Assembly (NCBI GenBank): GCA_001179505.1
Contig: CDMY01000303.1
Span: 1-64,000, forward strand
Length of the DNA stretch: 64,000 nt
Direction of reading: 5' to 3'
From: Vitrella brassicaformis CCMP3155
Lineage: Eukaryota; Protista; Chromerida
Positions 12,551 through 25,595 of the stretch are shown in pieces. The translations under genes were made by a program, and so were the position numbers. How positions within the stretch are numbered: position 1 is the first letter of the stretch; the number at the start of each line of letters is the position of its first letter. Below the pieces are notes generated by a model. The model searched no databases, was not told the origin of the DNA, and saw only the letters and a program-made list of their open reading frames with translations.

Positions 12551-13760
12551 TTGATGCACGCACGAGTGCGTATGGATGGACGGATGGCTGCTGATGGCTG
12601 TCTGTGTACGTTCGCGACGGATGGACAGACGGGGCATTGACGTCTGTCGTTGATGCGCCTGTGATTTCTGACGCGCGTGTATCTCTGTTTCAATGCATCC
12701 GTGTCCTCACACTTAGCCGTCGTGTCAGAGTACGAGCAGCAAACACGCACATATAGGCAGGCAGGCAGATGCAACGACACGCACAGCGTCCATCCATCCA
12801 TCGTCTCATTTGTGTGGAGAAAAAGATCCAGGCAGCATTTCATTCGAATGAATTGCCATGCCATCTAGATGTGCAAGTATGCGTGATGTCGAAACGCATC
12901 CATTCATCCATCCATCCATCGACCTCATGACCCATCAGCCAGCATCGACCAACCCACGACACGGCTGGTGGGGAAACCGCAGGCAGCCAGACAGACAGCC
13001 AGACGGACAAGCAGACAAACGAGGGCAAAGAGAGCCTCCTTTATCCCTCCTTGCCCAACACTCGTGCGCAGATTACATACACACCTGAATGCACACAAAA
13101 GGCCTGCCACTGGTGCAGTGCATGCAACCAAGCTTGTTGGTCTGTCGTGAGACGGACGGACGGCCTCATTCGTGGCCGATAGACAGACAGACACTACAGA
13201 CCTGCCCGCACCGACACGTGATGGGGAGCGGTGCTGTGTGCTCACTGCCGGCCATCCGTGTGCTTGGCCGACAGGAACAACAGGCCAAGACGCCCGTCAT
13301 TTACGTGATGTATGGATGCAGCCAGTAGATACCATCTAGACACCTTGGAGCCGTCATACATCAAACAAACGACCAGCCGTCCGTCCGTCTGTCCGTCCAC
13401 TCAGTCAGCACACAGACCCCTCCCTCCCTCGCTCCCTCCCTCCCCCCTCTCATGAGATGCGTAGATGTATGTGTGTGTAAGGTGTGTGGTGGACGGTGTG
13501 AGTATCTCACTCATGTGAGTGCCCGCCAGCCACTCACTGCCGACCAAGCCAAACATACACACGTACACATATGCAGCACACGTAGAGAGAGAGAGAGAGA
13601 GCCGATCTACACTATAAGCCGCAGGCCGGCCGCTCATCGCTGACATCGATATAGCAACAGAGACACACCACACCACAGCACAGCACACCACAGCAGACAT
13701 GCTGTTGGGGCCGGCCATGTGTCTGTCTGTCTGTCAGTGCTCTTCGGTGCGTACCTGTGT

Positions 13761-16700
13761 TCACTTTGTTGATGGGCTGCGGCGCTGGAAAGTCAGATAC
13801 CTCCCACTAAACTCCGTGTCGAAGCCCTCTGGCGCTTCGGGTCGGAAACGCTCCCACCACTGTCGCATCTTGCTGGCGAGACCGCTCTGGAACCACATGG
13901 TCACATCATCGACGCCCTGCAACGAACGAACCAAACGGACAGAGTGGCATATGAGAGCGTCCCTCGGATCTGCTGCTCGGCTGACGTACCTGGAGTTGTG
14001 TGCACGACGTGAGCATGGCGATGGCATTGCAGAGGAGCGCGCCACACTCGCCGTCATCCACCTCACCTGAACGTGACACACACACACACAGATCCCGCCA
14101 AATACCCATCAGTTCAGGCAGGCCCCATCGTGCACCCCTGTGCACACATTACCGTGAACAGTGAACTGGACGTTCCACATGGGCGGCATATCGGCCGCAC
14201 GCCGCCCCAGCTGCCACCCACTGAGCTCCTGAGCACTCGACACCGCTGCCACCGAAACGTACAGCTCTACGGTGACCCTGATTCTGTTCTCGGTCGACTT
14301 GAGGGCAGTCAGGAAGTCCACCACACCGACAGCGGATGTCAACGGCGATGAAAAACTGCCCACCTCCGCCGATCCCAATTTCGGCATGACGGAGCCGATA
14401 CGGGCGGCTACCGCGCGCTGCTCTGCCGTCGCAAGGGCGCCCGCTGCGACCTCGATGGTGAGGGCCAACGGGAATGTGTCGCTGGTGATGGTCGCTGCCG
14501 TCCCCTCATCCCCCGATACCACCACCTTGTACGCCCCGCTGGCCAGGTAGTCCACGATGTAGCGCACCCAGGGGCAGCGGTGCTGGTGGGCCCAGGTCAC
14601 CAGCCCGGCAGCGATGACACCGATGCTGCCACGGCAGCGGCGAATGGGCTCCTTCAGGGGATCAGCATCCACCACGTCAGCTCTGAATGAATGCCACACA
14701 CAGCACCAGACAGACACATCCGCCAGTACTTACTGTCCCCTCTTTCCCCCCGCTGTGGTGCTTACGTGAGCTCTGCCAGTTCCTGGATCCTATTGCGGTC
14801 TCTGACCATCTGGTGATACTCGTGCCAGCTCGGGTCTCGCGGCGGGATTATCTGCAGTGAGCTGAAGTCGAGCGTGCCCTTGGCCCCCCGCGCCACCAGT
14901 GTCTCGCGCAGCCGGCAGATGGCGTCAGCGTCGGCCGACCACAGCTCGATGCCTCCGAGGGACCGCAGCCGCGAGAGGGACTTGCCGTCCTCCGGCAGGA
15001 CGCGCAGAACCTCCTCAGTCGCCCTCACCGACAGACCCCCCATCCCCAGCTCCTTAAGCCCCTTGCAGCCCTTGACCCACTCCTTGGCTGCCTCTGTGTC
15101 CACCTCTCTCTCAAAGGTGAGGGTGGAGAGGTTGGGCGTCAGCCACGAGCGGCCCGTACGGATGCGGGCGACCTCTCGCGGGACGGCAGTGACGGTCGTG
15201 AGAGCCGGGAAACTGATGGTCTTGATGGGCGAGGGGGCCAGGAGGGGGCCAGGGGTNNNNNNNNNNNNNNNNNNNNNNNNNNNNNNNNNNNNNNNNNNNN
15301 NNNNNNNNNNNNNNNNNNNNNNNNNNNNNNNNNNNNNNNNNNNNNNNNNNNNNNNNNNNNNNNNNNNNNNNNNNNNNNNNNNNNNNNNNNNNNNNNNNNN
15401 NNNNNNNNNNNNNNNNNNNNNNNNNNNNNNNNNNNNNNNNNNNNNNNNNNNNNNNNNNNNNNNNNNNNNNNNNNNNNNNNNNNNNNNNNNNNNNNNNNNN
15501 NNNNNNNNNNNNNNNNNNNNNNNNNNNNNNNNNNNNNNNNNNNNNNNNNNNNNNNNCAGAACGCATCCACGATAGCACAGAAAGGTGAGTGAGGCATGCA
15601 CTTCTGCTGCACTGGTGGGTGCGTAGACTTACCCAGACCCCAGCCAGGGCGGTCGAATGGCGCGCGGACCCTCAAACGATTCAAATGCGTCATCCGCTGG
15701 CCCCACTTGTGTGCGGTGGCCAGTGGCATGGCCGCCCACATCTGACGCGCCGTCTCGTCCTCGCAGTCGATGACCAGGTGGGTGTAGTTGGCGGCCGACT
15801 GGTGGAAGAGGGCCTTGCCGAGGTGCCGTCGGAGGCGGGCCAGCTCCCATGGCTGCAGGTAGGCAAACACGTTGGCCAACTCCTCACGAGAGAGACGGCG
15901 ACAGGCCTGAGATGCCAAGAGAGAGGGCATCAGCACGTCATGGATCAGTGACAAATGCTGTGTGGTGGATGGATGGATGGATGGGGTGTTTGTCTGTGTT
16001 TGTCTTACCGGCTCATGGTTGACGGACGGCTTTCGCCCACTCTTGCTAACCAAACAGTAGGATGGGCCAGCAGCAGCAGCCTGATTGATATCAACCATCC
16101 CACGTGAGACCAGTCATCACCAATAATGCGCGAGTCCTCTCTCTGTGTCTACCTTTGTTGGCTTTGCTGCAGGTGCTGCGGCAGATGGTTTGGACCCACG
16201 CGACGACTTGACCTTTCTCCGTGGCGGGATGGCCTCGACCTTATCCCTCCCGCCGCCCGCCGTCTCGCCCTTGCCCTTCTCGTCCGCCAGCCGCTGCTTC
16301 TTAACCGAAGACTTGAACTGAAGATAGAGAAGACCAAACAGAGATGAATGGAATCTCATCGATGGCCTTCCTGTGTTTGTGCTGTGTTGTGTTGTGTTGT
16401 GTTGTGCTGACCTGCTCGGTGTCGTTGAGTGTGTGTTCCATGGCGTCGAGTGTGCGGAAATGCTTGCCGGCGTCGGCGCACACCATGCTCGACAAGACGC
16501 GGTACTGACGATCAACCTCCTGAACAACACACACACACACACACACACGGACGTGGATGGAGAGAGGAAAGTGCGTTAGTGTGTGTGGTGTCGCTGTCAC
16601 TCACGCTCATGCGGTCTTGATGTTCCCGCGATTGGGGCTCGGGGGCGGCCTTGATCAACTCATCCACCCTACGAAACTGATGGCATCAATACACAACACC

Positions 16701-17236
16701 ACGTCATGTGTGCAGGAGTTCATCGAGGTGCGCCTCCACCTTGGCCAGAAGCTTGGCCAACTCTTCCTCCGGATTGACCTCAGCGACATCCTGAATGACC
16801 CACACAGCCAGGACAACACCACACAAAAATGCAACCAACACCTATTCGCGGCCGTCTGCGCCCCTCAGGCACCCACCTCCATCTCCTCGACGTCACCGCC
16901 GCGGCCGCTACGCCCGCCAAGCCGACCCCCACCAGCAGATGCAGATCCAGATGCCGACGCCGGGGCTCGACGACCAGACGCAGACGGGGCACCTGAAAGA
17001 AAGATTGAACGGATGGGAACACACAATCCATCGGGTCGGACCCACTCGTTGTTTCGGCTGGGTGTGTCATGGGTATTGGTACCTGTCGCCTTCTTCCGCT
17101 TTAGCAGATCTACTTTGCGTTCCTTCTTCTCGGGCTGCTGGGGTGCCTCCTTGGCCTCCTTCTGCTGCTTCTCCTTCTGCTCCGCCAGCCGAGAGAGCGG
17201 TCGACCGGTGGCATACGGTGGCAGGTTCTCCATCGT
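13761..17236 (-). CDS. F-box-like/degenerate LRR-like family protein, copy A (contains an N gap)
   Basis: Exons: MENLPPYATG..., EVDRQYRVLSSMVCADAGKHF, ACRRLSREELANVFAYLQPWELARLRRHLGKALFHQSAANYTHLVIDC, PIKTISFPALTTV...WLTPNLSTLTF...WVKGCKGLKEL, ending RFRPEAPEGFDTEF...PSTK*. Resembles an expanded family recalled from Vitrella. Joining the 5' exons to the rest as one gene is inferred from splice sites. Confidence 0.72.
15257..15556. other. Assembly gap (300 N placeholder)
   Basis: Run of N. The equivalent stretch in copy B (22707-22904) is 198 nt, so the true gap is probably about 200 nt. Confidence 0.97.
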
Positions 17237-19382
17237 GGCGCCGTGGTGGTGGCGGTGGTGGTGGTGGTAGTGTCTGCTGAGCGAGGGGGAGGGCTGCAGT
17301 GGCGGGTGGGACGAGATCCGCACCAACCTGAGGGCACACAGACAGGGAGGCACAGCAGATGGAGGCAATGCACGTGTGTGGATGTTGAGACATGTGCGCA
17401 ATCAACTGTTTCCCTCGTGCCCTCGGTGTGTACCTTGGTCTGCAGCACTCGGAGCCCTGACGGAGAGGAGATCGGCACGAGATGCGCCGATGGATGTGCA
17501 ACTGCCTCAAACCCACACACAGAGAGAGGGAGGGGAGGGGAAAGGCCGGATGATGCCGTGCGATGCTGTGGGTGGATGGAGCCTCTCTGTCTGTCTGCCT
17601 TGCTCGGCAGATCTGGCAGTTCCTTGTGAGGGACTGCCCACTCACCTCGTTCTACGTGTGTGGCAGACCACCACACCTCTATCACTGCGCCGACGCTAAG
17701 ACGCTCATGGAAGGCGCGTCAAATCTCAAATCTCAAATCTCTCGATCGCGCAAATTTCCATTCGTCGAAAGAAGAGGTCCGCACCTGCACACCGACAACG
17801 GCGGCAAGAAGGCGCGTTTGGTCATAGCACAACCGCACAGGCAGACAGCACCGACGCACCTGATCTGACGACGCTCTGTGTGCAGCGGAGGGGACACCAC
17901 ACACGCCGTTCGTCCACTGGCCGCACCACCGACGCAAGCAGCAGATGACCAACAAGCCCTGATCAACGATGTGGGCAACTGAGAGATTTCGGTGAGCGCG
18001 CCAGACGCCGCATGAGAGAGCATTAGGCGGCCATGCGGCTGCCGTCGATAAGATGCCGTCGGCGAAGTGCCTTGGCGGCCACCGCAGCTGGCCGCCACTG
18101 CATCAGAGGAGCAAGACCTCAGGGACCCTCTTACACGGCCGCTGTCCATCGACGTCTTCAGTCAGTTGACTCGGCCAGAGAGACTGGGAGCCCCCGGGCG
18201 GCGAGGGCGGTGCTGCAGTAATGAGCTGGCGGTGTCTGAGAGGCCAACGGGACGCCGTGTGGGTCACCAGACGAGAGGGATGAGCGGAGCACTTGAGCAC
18301 ACTGTCCGGCGAGCGAAGAATGTGAGGTGAGAAGGTGAGCCAGCAATCCACAGCATCGCATCTCACGGCGTCCTCGGTGTCTGACTGTGTCCGGGAGGAT
18401 TGGACGGGAGCGAGATCTGCTCATTTGCGAGCCTAGCTCGCAGACGGAAGGAAAGGACTGTCGAGACCTTTTGTGTTGTTTGTGTTCAACGGGGAGTTTA
18501 GGAATTGGCGTGGGTGTGGCGATCTGTAAGGGGGAGCGGTGATCCGACGCTTTGTTGATTTGCACAGCTTCTGAAGGCTCTAGCGCTTTTTCGGTAAGGT
18601 GGAGCCCATCAGAGCCGCACCTACACGCACCTGTGGCTGTGGTGCTGCGGTGCGTCGCTTCCCTTATCAGCAGAGTGTGTGTGAGTGCGCCATCGGCCGG
18701 AGTCGTCAGAGAGGAGCCGCCAGCCGCACGTCCAGCGGTCTTTTTGCCGAACAGATCTGTGCTTGTTCCGTGGGTCAGTTGCGCAACACAACACAGCACT
18801 GCACTGTGACTGCAGCGGCCATTGCAAAATTAAGACACTTCTTCTTTTCCTGTGTGCGGTTTCAGTTTGCGGCTGCAGAGATCATGCAGGGCTGTAACTG
18901 TTTGCCCAGATGACCGCTCGTTTGTGTCTTCAGAGGGCAGCGAGGTATAGACGGACGGGACGGTTGTAGGATTTGACCTGTGAGAGGCAGCTAGCTGCAT
19001 CGGTGCATGTGTTAGTCGATGGTTTGGCCGTCTCGTGGCTGCGCGTACATGCAGACTGACTAAGACATCTGCTCTGAGCAGCAGCAGCTAACGCGCTTCT
19101 TACGGTGATCGAGTGGGCCACATGCAGTGCAGGTGGCAGGCAGTTGTTAAGGGTCAATCAATTCAGCACACTAAGAAAGCAAACGGCCAAAAGCCTCATT
19201 CATCCGATGTCCGATAGTTACATACGCACAAACGGAGACAAACAAACACGAGATGACCTGTCTCTCTAGTAAGAATGAACACCACTGCCTAAGGACACCG
19301 AACCATTGGGACAGCCAGGCGCTGTTGACGGGTGTGATTGTGTGTAGCTATGTCTTTACACCTGTGTGTCGTGTGCCTGCAG

Positions 19383-19514
19383 GATGGTCTGGTGATGCAG
19401 CGGATTTGGAATATGGCAGCGTTGCAGAGTGAGGACGTCGGCATTGCAGCCGCCGCTGCTGCACACATGGGGGGGAGGGGCAAGACACAGCCGACGGCCT
19501 TCTCGAAGCTCTGA
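19383..19514 (+). pseudogene. Orphan duplicate of the ECH1 terminal exon (DGLVMQRIWNMAALQSEDV...AFSKL*)
   Basis: Matches 12419-12550 except one synonymous change (AAC to AAT). Keeps the ctgcag acceptor. No upstream ECH1 exons are present in 18900-19350. Confidence 0.75.
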
Positions 19515-21238
19515 TTGATGCACGCACGAGTGCGTATGGATGGACGGATGGCTGCTGATGGCGGTCTGTGTACGTTCGTGGCGGATGGACAGACGGGGTG
19601 TTGACGTCTGTCGTTGATGCGCCTGTGATTTCTGACGCGCGTGTATCTCTGTTTCAATGCATCCGTGTCCTCACACTCAGCCGTCATGTCAGAGTACGAG
19701 CAGGAAACACGCACATATAGGCAGGCAGGCAGGCAGATGCAACCACACGCACAGCTCATCGTCTCATGTATGTGGAGAAAAAGAGGCAGCATTTCATTCG
19801 AATGAATTGCCATGCCATCTAGATGTAAGTATGCGTGATGTCGAAACGGATCCATCCATCGATTCATTCATCGACCTCATGACCCATCAGCCAGCATCGA
19901 CCAACCCACGACACGGCTGGTGGGGAAACCGCAGGCAGACAGACAGACAAGCAGACAAGCTGTGAAGAGACAACCGAGGGCAAAGCGAGAGACCCCTGTT
20001 CTTTTCCCCACACTCGAGAATGACCGACCGACAGGCCCCCTTTATCCCTCCTTGCCCAACACTCGTGCGTAGATTACACACCTGTATGCACACAAACGGC
20101 CTGCCACTGGTGCAGTGCATCCAACCAGGCTTGTTGGTCTGTCGTGAGACGGACGGACGGCCTCATCTGTGGCCGACAGACGAAAAGCCGTGGACACACA
20201 GCACACACAGACAGACAGACACCACAGACCTGCCCGCACAGACACGTGGTGCGGAGCGGTGCTGTGTGCTCACTGCGGCCATCCGTGTGCCTGGCCGACA
20301 GGAACAACAGGCCAACACGTGCGAGTATACAACACGTTGCATTGTGGCAGCTAGGCAGAGTGAATGCAGTGTCATCCATCCATGGTCACCCAGTCTCCCA
20401 CTGCACGACTTAAAACGCACCGGATGGTTCATCATGACGACAGACAGACAGATGGGTGTCCGGCCGCTCGACATGACGACCACTCACACGCACAAAAATG
20501 AGAGAGAGAGAAAAAAAGATGAGACGAAAAGAGGCGAGCTCGTGAGTACGGTGACTGGGTGTGGTCTGCATCGGCAGGCCGCTTGCATGCCTGCCTGTCT
20601 GCACGCATTCCATCAGCCCGTCCGTCCGTCGAGTCAAATAGATGGCAAACAGCCAGGACCACGTTTCCCCCGTCCGCCGCCCTCACTGCTATCGACAGAT
20701 GCATGTGGACCCACGCACCCACCCTCGGCGGCCGCCCGATGCACAGGCCGCTGGGCAACAAATACATACGGTATATGTGTACACACCGAATGGTAAGATA
20801 AGATACGCAAGATATCGGCCTGACGACTCGCAGTGGTTTATATACAGCCCCGCCCCCCCCTGTGTGAGCTACCCACCGAGTCAGTCAATGTGTCAGTCAG
20901 CGCACAGACCCCTCCCTCCCTCCCTCCCTCCCTCTCATGAGATGCGTGGATGTATGTGTGTGTAAGGTGTGTGGTGGATGGTGTGAGTATCTCACTCACG
21001 TGAGTGCCCGCCAGCCAGTCACTGCCGACCAAACATACACACATACACATATGCAGCACACGGAGAGAGAGAGAGAGAGCCGATCGACGGGCATCTACAT
21101 TATCAACCGCAGGCCGGCCGCTCATCGCTGACATCGATATACCAACAGAGACACACCACAGCACAGCAGACATGCTGTTGGGGCCGGCCATGTGTCTGTC
21201 TGTCAGTGTTCTTCGCTGAGTACCTGTGTCCACTTTCT

Positions 21239-23178
21239 TCATGGGCTGCGGCGCTGGAACGTGAGAGACCCCATACTAAACTCCGTGTCGAATCCCTCTG
21301 GCGCTTCGGGTCGGAAACGGTGCTGCATCTTGCTGGCGAGACCGCCGCTCGGGAAGCACTTGGTCACATTTTTGACGCCCTGCAACGAACGAACCAAACG
21401 GACAGAGTGGCACATGAGAGCATCCTTCGTTCTGCTGCTCGGCCGACGTACCTTGAGTTGTGTGCACGACGTGAGGATGGCGATGGCATTGCAGAGGACC
21501 GCGCCACACTCGCCGTCATCCACCTCACCTGAACGTGACACACACACACACAGATCCCGCCAAATACCCATCAACTCAGGCAGGCCCCATCGTGCACCTC
21601 TGTGCACACATACCATAAACAGTGAATCGGACCATCCACATGGACAGCATATCGGCCGCACGCCGCCCCAGCTGCCACCCACTGAGCTCCGCAGCACTCG
21701 ACACCGCTGCCGCCGACAGGTGCACCTGGAGCGATATGATCTTCTCGGTCGACTTGACGGCAGTCAGGAAGTCCACCACACCGACAGCGGATGTCAACGG
21801 CGATGAAAAACTGCCCACGATGAGTTGCCATCCAACCCGCATCGCGATGACGGAGGCGATGCTGGCGGCTGCCGCGCGCTTCTCTGCCGTCGCGAGGGCG
21901 CCCGCTGCGACCTCGATCGCGCGGGCGCTGGGGATTGTGTCGCTGGTGATGGTCGCTGCCGTCCCCTCATCCCCCGATACCACCACTATGATCGCCCCGT
22001 TGGCTAGGTAGTTGACGATGTAGCGCACCCAGGGGCAGCGGTTACTGTGTGCCCAGGTCACCAGCCCAGCAGCGATGGAACCGGAAACGTGACGGCAGCG
22101 GGGAATGGGCTCCTTCAGGGCATCAGCATCCACCACGTCAGCTCTGAATGAATGCCACACACAGCACCAGACACATCCGCCAGTTCACTGTCCTCTTTGA
22201 TCCCCCCGCTGTCGTGCTTACGTGAGCTCTGCCAGTTCCTGGATCCTATTGCGGTCTCTGACCATCTGGTGATACTCGTGCCAGCTCGGGTCTCGCGGCG
22301 GGAAGATGTGCAGCGAGCTGAAGTCGAGCGTGCCCTTGGCCCCCCGCGCCACCAGTGTCTCGCGCAGCCGGCAGATGGCGTCAGCATCGGCCGACCACAG
22401 CTCGACGCCCCTGAGGAACCGCAGACTGGAGAGGGGCTTGCCGTCCTCCGGCAGGACGCGCAGAACCTCCTCAGTCGCCCTCACCGACAGACCCCCCATC
22501 CCCTTAAGCCCCTTGCAGCCCTTGACCCACTCCTTGGCTGCCTCTGTGTCCACCTGCCCCTCAAAGGTGATGGTGGCGAGGTTGGGCGTCAGCCACGAGC
22601 GGCCCGTACGGATGCGGGCGACCTCTCGCGGGACGGCAGTGACGGTCGTGAGAGCTGGGAGGTTGATGGTCTTGATGGGCGAGGGGGCCGGGAGGGGGCC
22701 AGGGGTGGGGGGAGGGACCGGGGAAATCGGCACACTCTCGAATGACAGCTCCTCGAGGGTGCCGTCGTCACCGCTCTGTGTCGAGATGGCCACGCCGCCG
22801 CTCGCCTCCTTCTCCGCCGACTGATGCTGCTGCTGCTGCTGCTTCGCCGCCAACGCCGCCCGCCCGTCCGCATGTCCCTCAGTCACGGCGACCCAATGTC
22901 CTGACAGAACGCATCCACGATAGCACAGAAAGGTGAGTGAGGCCTGCACTTCTGCTGCACTGGTGGGTGCGTAGACTTACCCAGACCCCAGCCAGGGCGG
23001 TCGAATGGCGCGCGGACCCTCAAACGATTCAAATGCGTCATCCGCTGGCCCCACTTGTGTGCGGTGGCCAGTGGCATGGCCGCCCACATCTGACGCGCCG
23101 TCTCGTCCTTGCAGTCGATGACCAGGTGGGTGTAGTTGGCGGCCGACTGGTGGAAGAGGGCCTTGCCGAGGTGCCGTC
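21239..23178 (-). CDS. F-box-like/LRR-like family protein, copy B (5' part lost in the gap)
   Basis: Paralogous exons: HLGKALFHQSAANYTHLVIDCKDE, WVAVTEGHADGRAALAAK...NLATITFEGQ, ADVVDADALKEPIPRCR and RFRPEAPEGFDTEF. Confidence 0.7.
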
Positions 23179-23478
23179 NNNNNNNNNNNNNNNNNNNNNN
23201 NNNNNNNNNNNNNNNNNNNNNNNNNNNNNNNNNNNNNNNNNNNNNNNNNNNNNNNNNNNNNNNNNNNNNNNNNNNNNNNNNNNNNNNNNNNNNNNNNNNN
23301 NNNNNNNNNNNNNNNNNNNNNNNNNNNNNNNNNNNNNNNNNNNNNNNNNNNNNNNNNNNNNNNNNNNNNNNNNNNNNNNNNNNNNNNNNNNNNNNNNNNN
23401 NNNNNNNNNNNNNNNNNNNNNNNNNNNNNNNNNNNNNNNNNNNNNNNNNNNNNNNNNNNNNNNNNNNNNNNNNNNNNN
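23179..23478. other. Assembly gap (300 N placeholder) inside the tandem array
   Basis: Run of N whose two flanks are overlapping parts of different paralogs, so it probably hides several kb. Confidence 0.95.
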
Positions 23479-25595
23479 CCCATCCCCAGCTCCTTAAGCC
23501 CCTTGCAGCCCTTGACCCACTCCTTGGCTGCCTCTGTGTCCACCTCTCTCTCAAAGGTGAGGGTGGAGAGGTTGGGCGTCAGCCACGAGCGGCCCGTACG
23601 GATGCGGGCGACCTCTCGCGGGACGGCAGTGACGGTCGTGAGAGCCGGGAAACTGATGGTCTTGATGGGCGAGGGGGCCAGGAGGGGGCCAGGGGTGGGG
23701 GGAGGGGTCGGCAAGATCAGCACACTCTCGAATGACAGCTCCTCCAAGGTGCCGTCGTCACCGCTCTGCGTCGAGATGGCCACGCCGCCGCTCGCCTCCC
23801 TCTCCGCCGACTGATGCTGCTGCTGCTGCTGCTTCGCCGCGAGCGCCGCCCGCCCGTCGGCATGGCCCTCAGTGACGGCGACCAAATGTCCTGACAGAAC
23901 GCATCCACGATAGCACAGAAAGGTGAGTGAGGCATGCACTTCTGCTGCACTGGTGGGTGCGTAGACTTACCCAGACCCCAGCCAGGGCGGTCGAATGGCG
24001 CGCGGACCCTCAAACGATTCAAATGCGTCATCCGCTGGCCCCACTTGTGTGCGGTGGCCAGTGGCATGGCCGCCCACATCTGACGCGCCGTCTCGTCCTT
24101 GCAGTCGATGACCAGGTGGGTGTAGTTGGCGGCCGACTGGTGGAAGAGGGCCTTGCCGAGGTGCCGTCGGAGGCGGGCCAGCTCCCATGGCTGCAGGTGG
24201 GCGAACACGTTGGCCAGCTCCTCACGAGAGAGACGGCGACAGGCCTGAGATGCCAAGAGAGAGGGCATCAGCACGTCATGGATCAGTAACAAATGCTGTG
24301 TGGTGGATGGATGGATGGATGGGGTATTTGTCTGTGTTTGTCTTACCGGCTCATGGTTGACGGACGGCTTTCGCCCACTCTTGCTAACCAAACAGTAGGA
24401 TGGGCCAGCAGCAGCAGCCTGATTGATATCAACCATCCCACGTGAGACCAGTCATCGCCAATAATGCGCGAGCCCTCTCTTTGTGTGTACCTTTGTTGGC
24501 TTTGCTGCAGGTGCTGCGGCAGATGGTTTGGACCCACGCGACGACTTGACCTTTTTGCATGGCAGGATGCTCTCGACCTTATCCCTCCCGCCGCCCGCCG
24601 TCTCGCCCTTGCCCTTCTTGTCCGCCCGCCGGGCTTCTTAACCGAAGACTTGGACTGAAGATAGAGAAGACCAACAGAGAGAAATGGAGTCTGATAGATT
24701 GGCTCCCTGTGTTTGTGCTGTGTTGTGTTGTGCTGTGCTGACCTGCTCGGTGTCGTTGAGTGTGTGTTCCATGGCGTCGAGTGTGCGGAAATGCTTGCCG
24801 GCGTCGGCGCACACCGTGCTCGACAAGACGCGGTACTGACGGTCAACCTCCTGAACAACACACACACACACACACACGGACGTGGATGGAGAGAGGAAAG
24901 TGCGTTAGTGTGTGTGGTGTCGCTGTCACTCACGCTAATGCGCTCTTGCTGTTCCCGCGATTGGGGCTCGGGGGCGGCCTTGATCAACTCATCCACCCTA
25001 CGAAACTGATGGCATCAACACACAACACCACGTCATGTGTGCAGGAGTTCATCGAGGTGCGCCTCCACCTTGGCAAGAAGCTTAACCAAAGCGTCCTCCG
25101 GATCGACCTCAGCGACATCCTGAATGACCCACACAGCCAGGACAACACCACACAGAAATGCAACCAACACCTATTCGCGGCCCTCTGCGCCCCTCAGACA
25201 CCCACCTCCATCTCCTCGACGTCACCGCCGCGGCCGCTACGCCCGCCAAGCCGACCCCCACCGGCAGATGCAGATCCAGATGCCGACGCCGGGGCTCGAC
25301 GACCAGACGCAGACGGGGCACCTGAAAGAATGATTGAACGGATGGGAACACACAATCCATAGGATCGGACCCACTCGTTGTTTCGGCTGGGCGTGTCATG
25401 GGTATTGGTACCTTCGCCTTCTTCCGCTTTAGCAGAGACTTTGGCACCGACTTGGTTGCGATCTCTACTTTGCGTTCCTTCTTCTCGGGGTGCTGGGGTG
25501 CGTCCTCGGCCTCCTTCTGCTGCTTCTGCTTCTGCTTCTGCTCCGCCGGCCGAGAGAGCGGTCGACCGGTGGCAAATGGTGGCAGGTTCTCCATC
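23479..25595 (-). CDS. F-box-like/LRR-like family protein, copy C (3' part lost in the gap)
   Basis: Exons: MENLPPFATGRPLSRPAEQK..., DVAEVDPEDALVKLL, ACRRLSREELANVFAHLQPWEL and LVAVTEGHADG...WVKGCKGLKELGM. Confidence 0.7.

Noticed and set aside
17700-18860. Possible plus-strand gene in the distal part of the repeat unit
   Set aside because: ORFs are short and not kept in frame between copies A and C; no consistent exon chain could be built.
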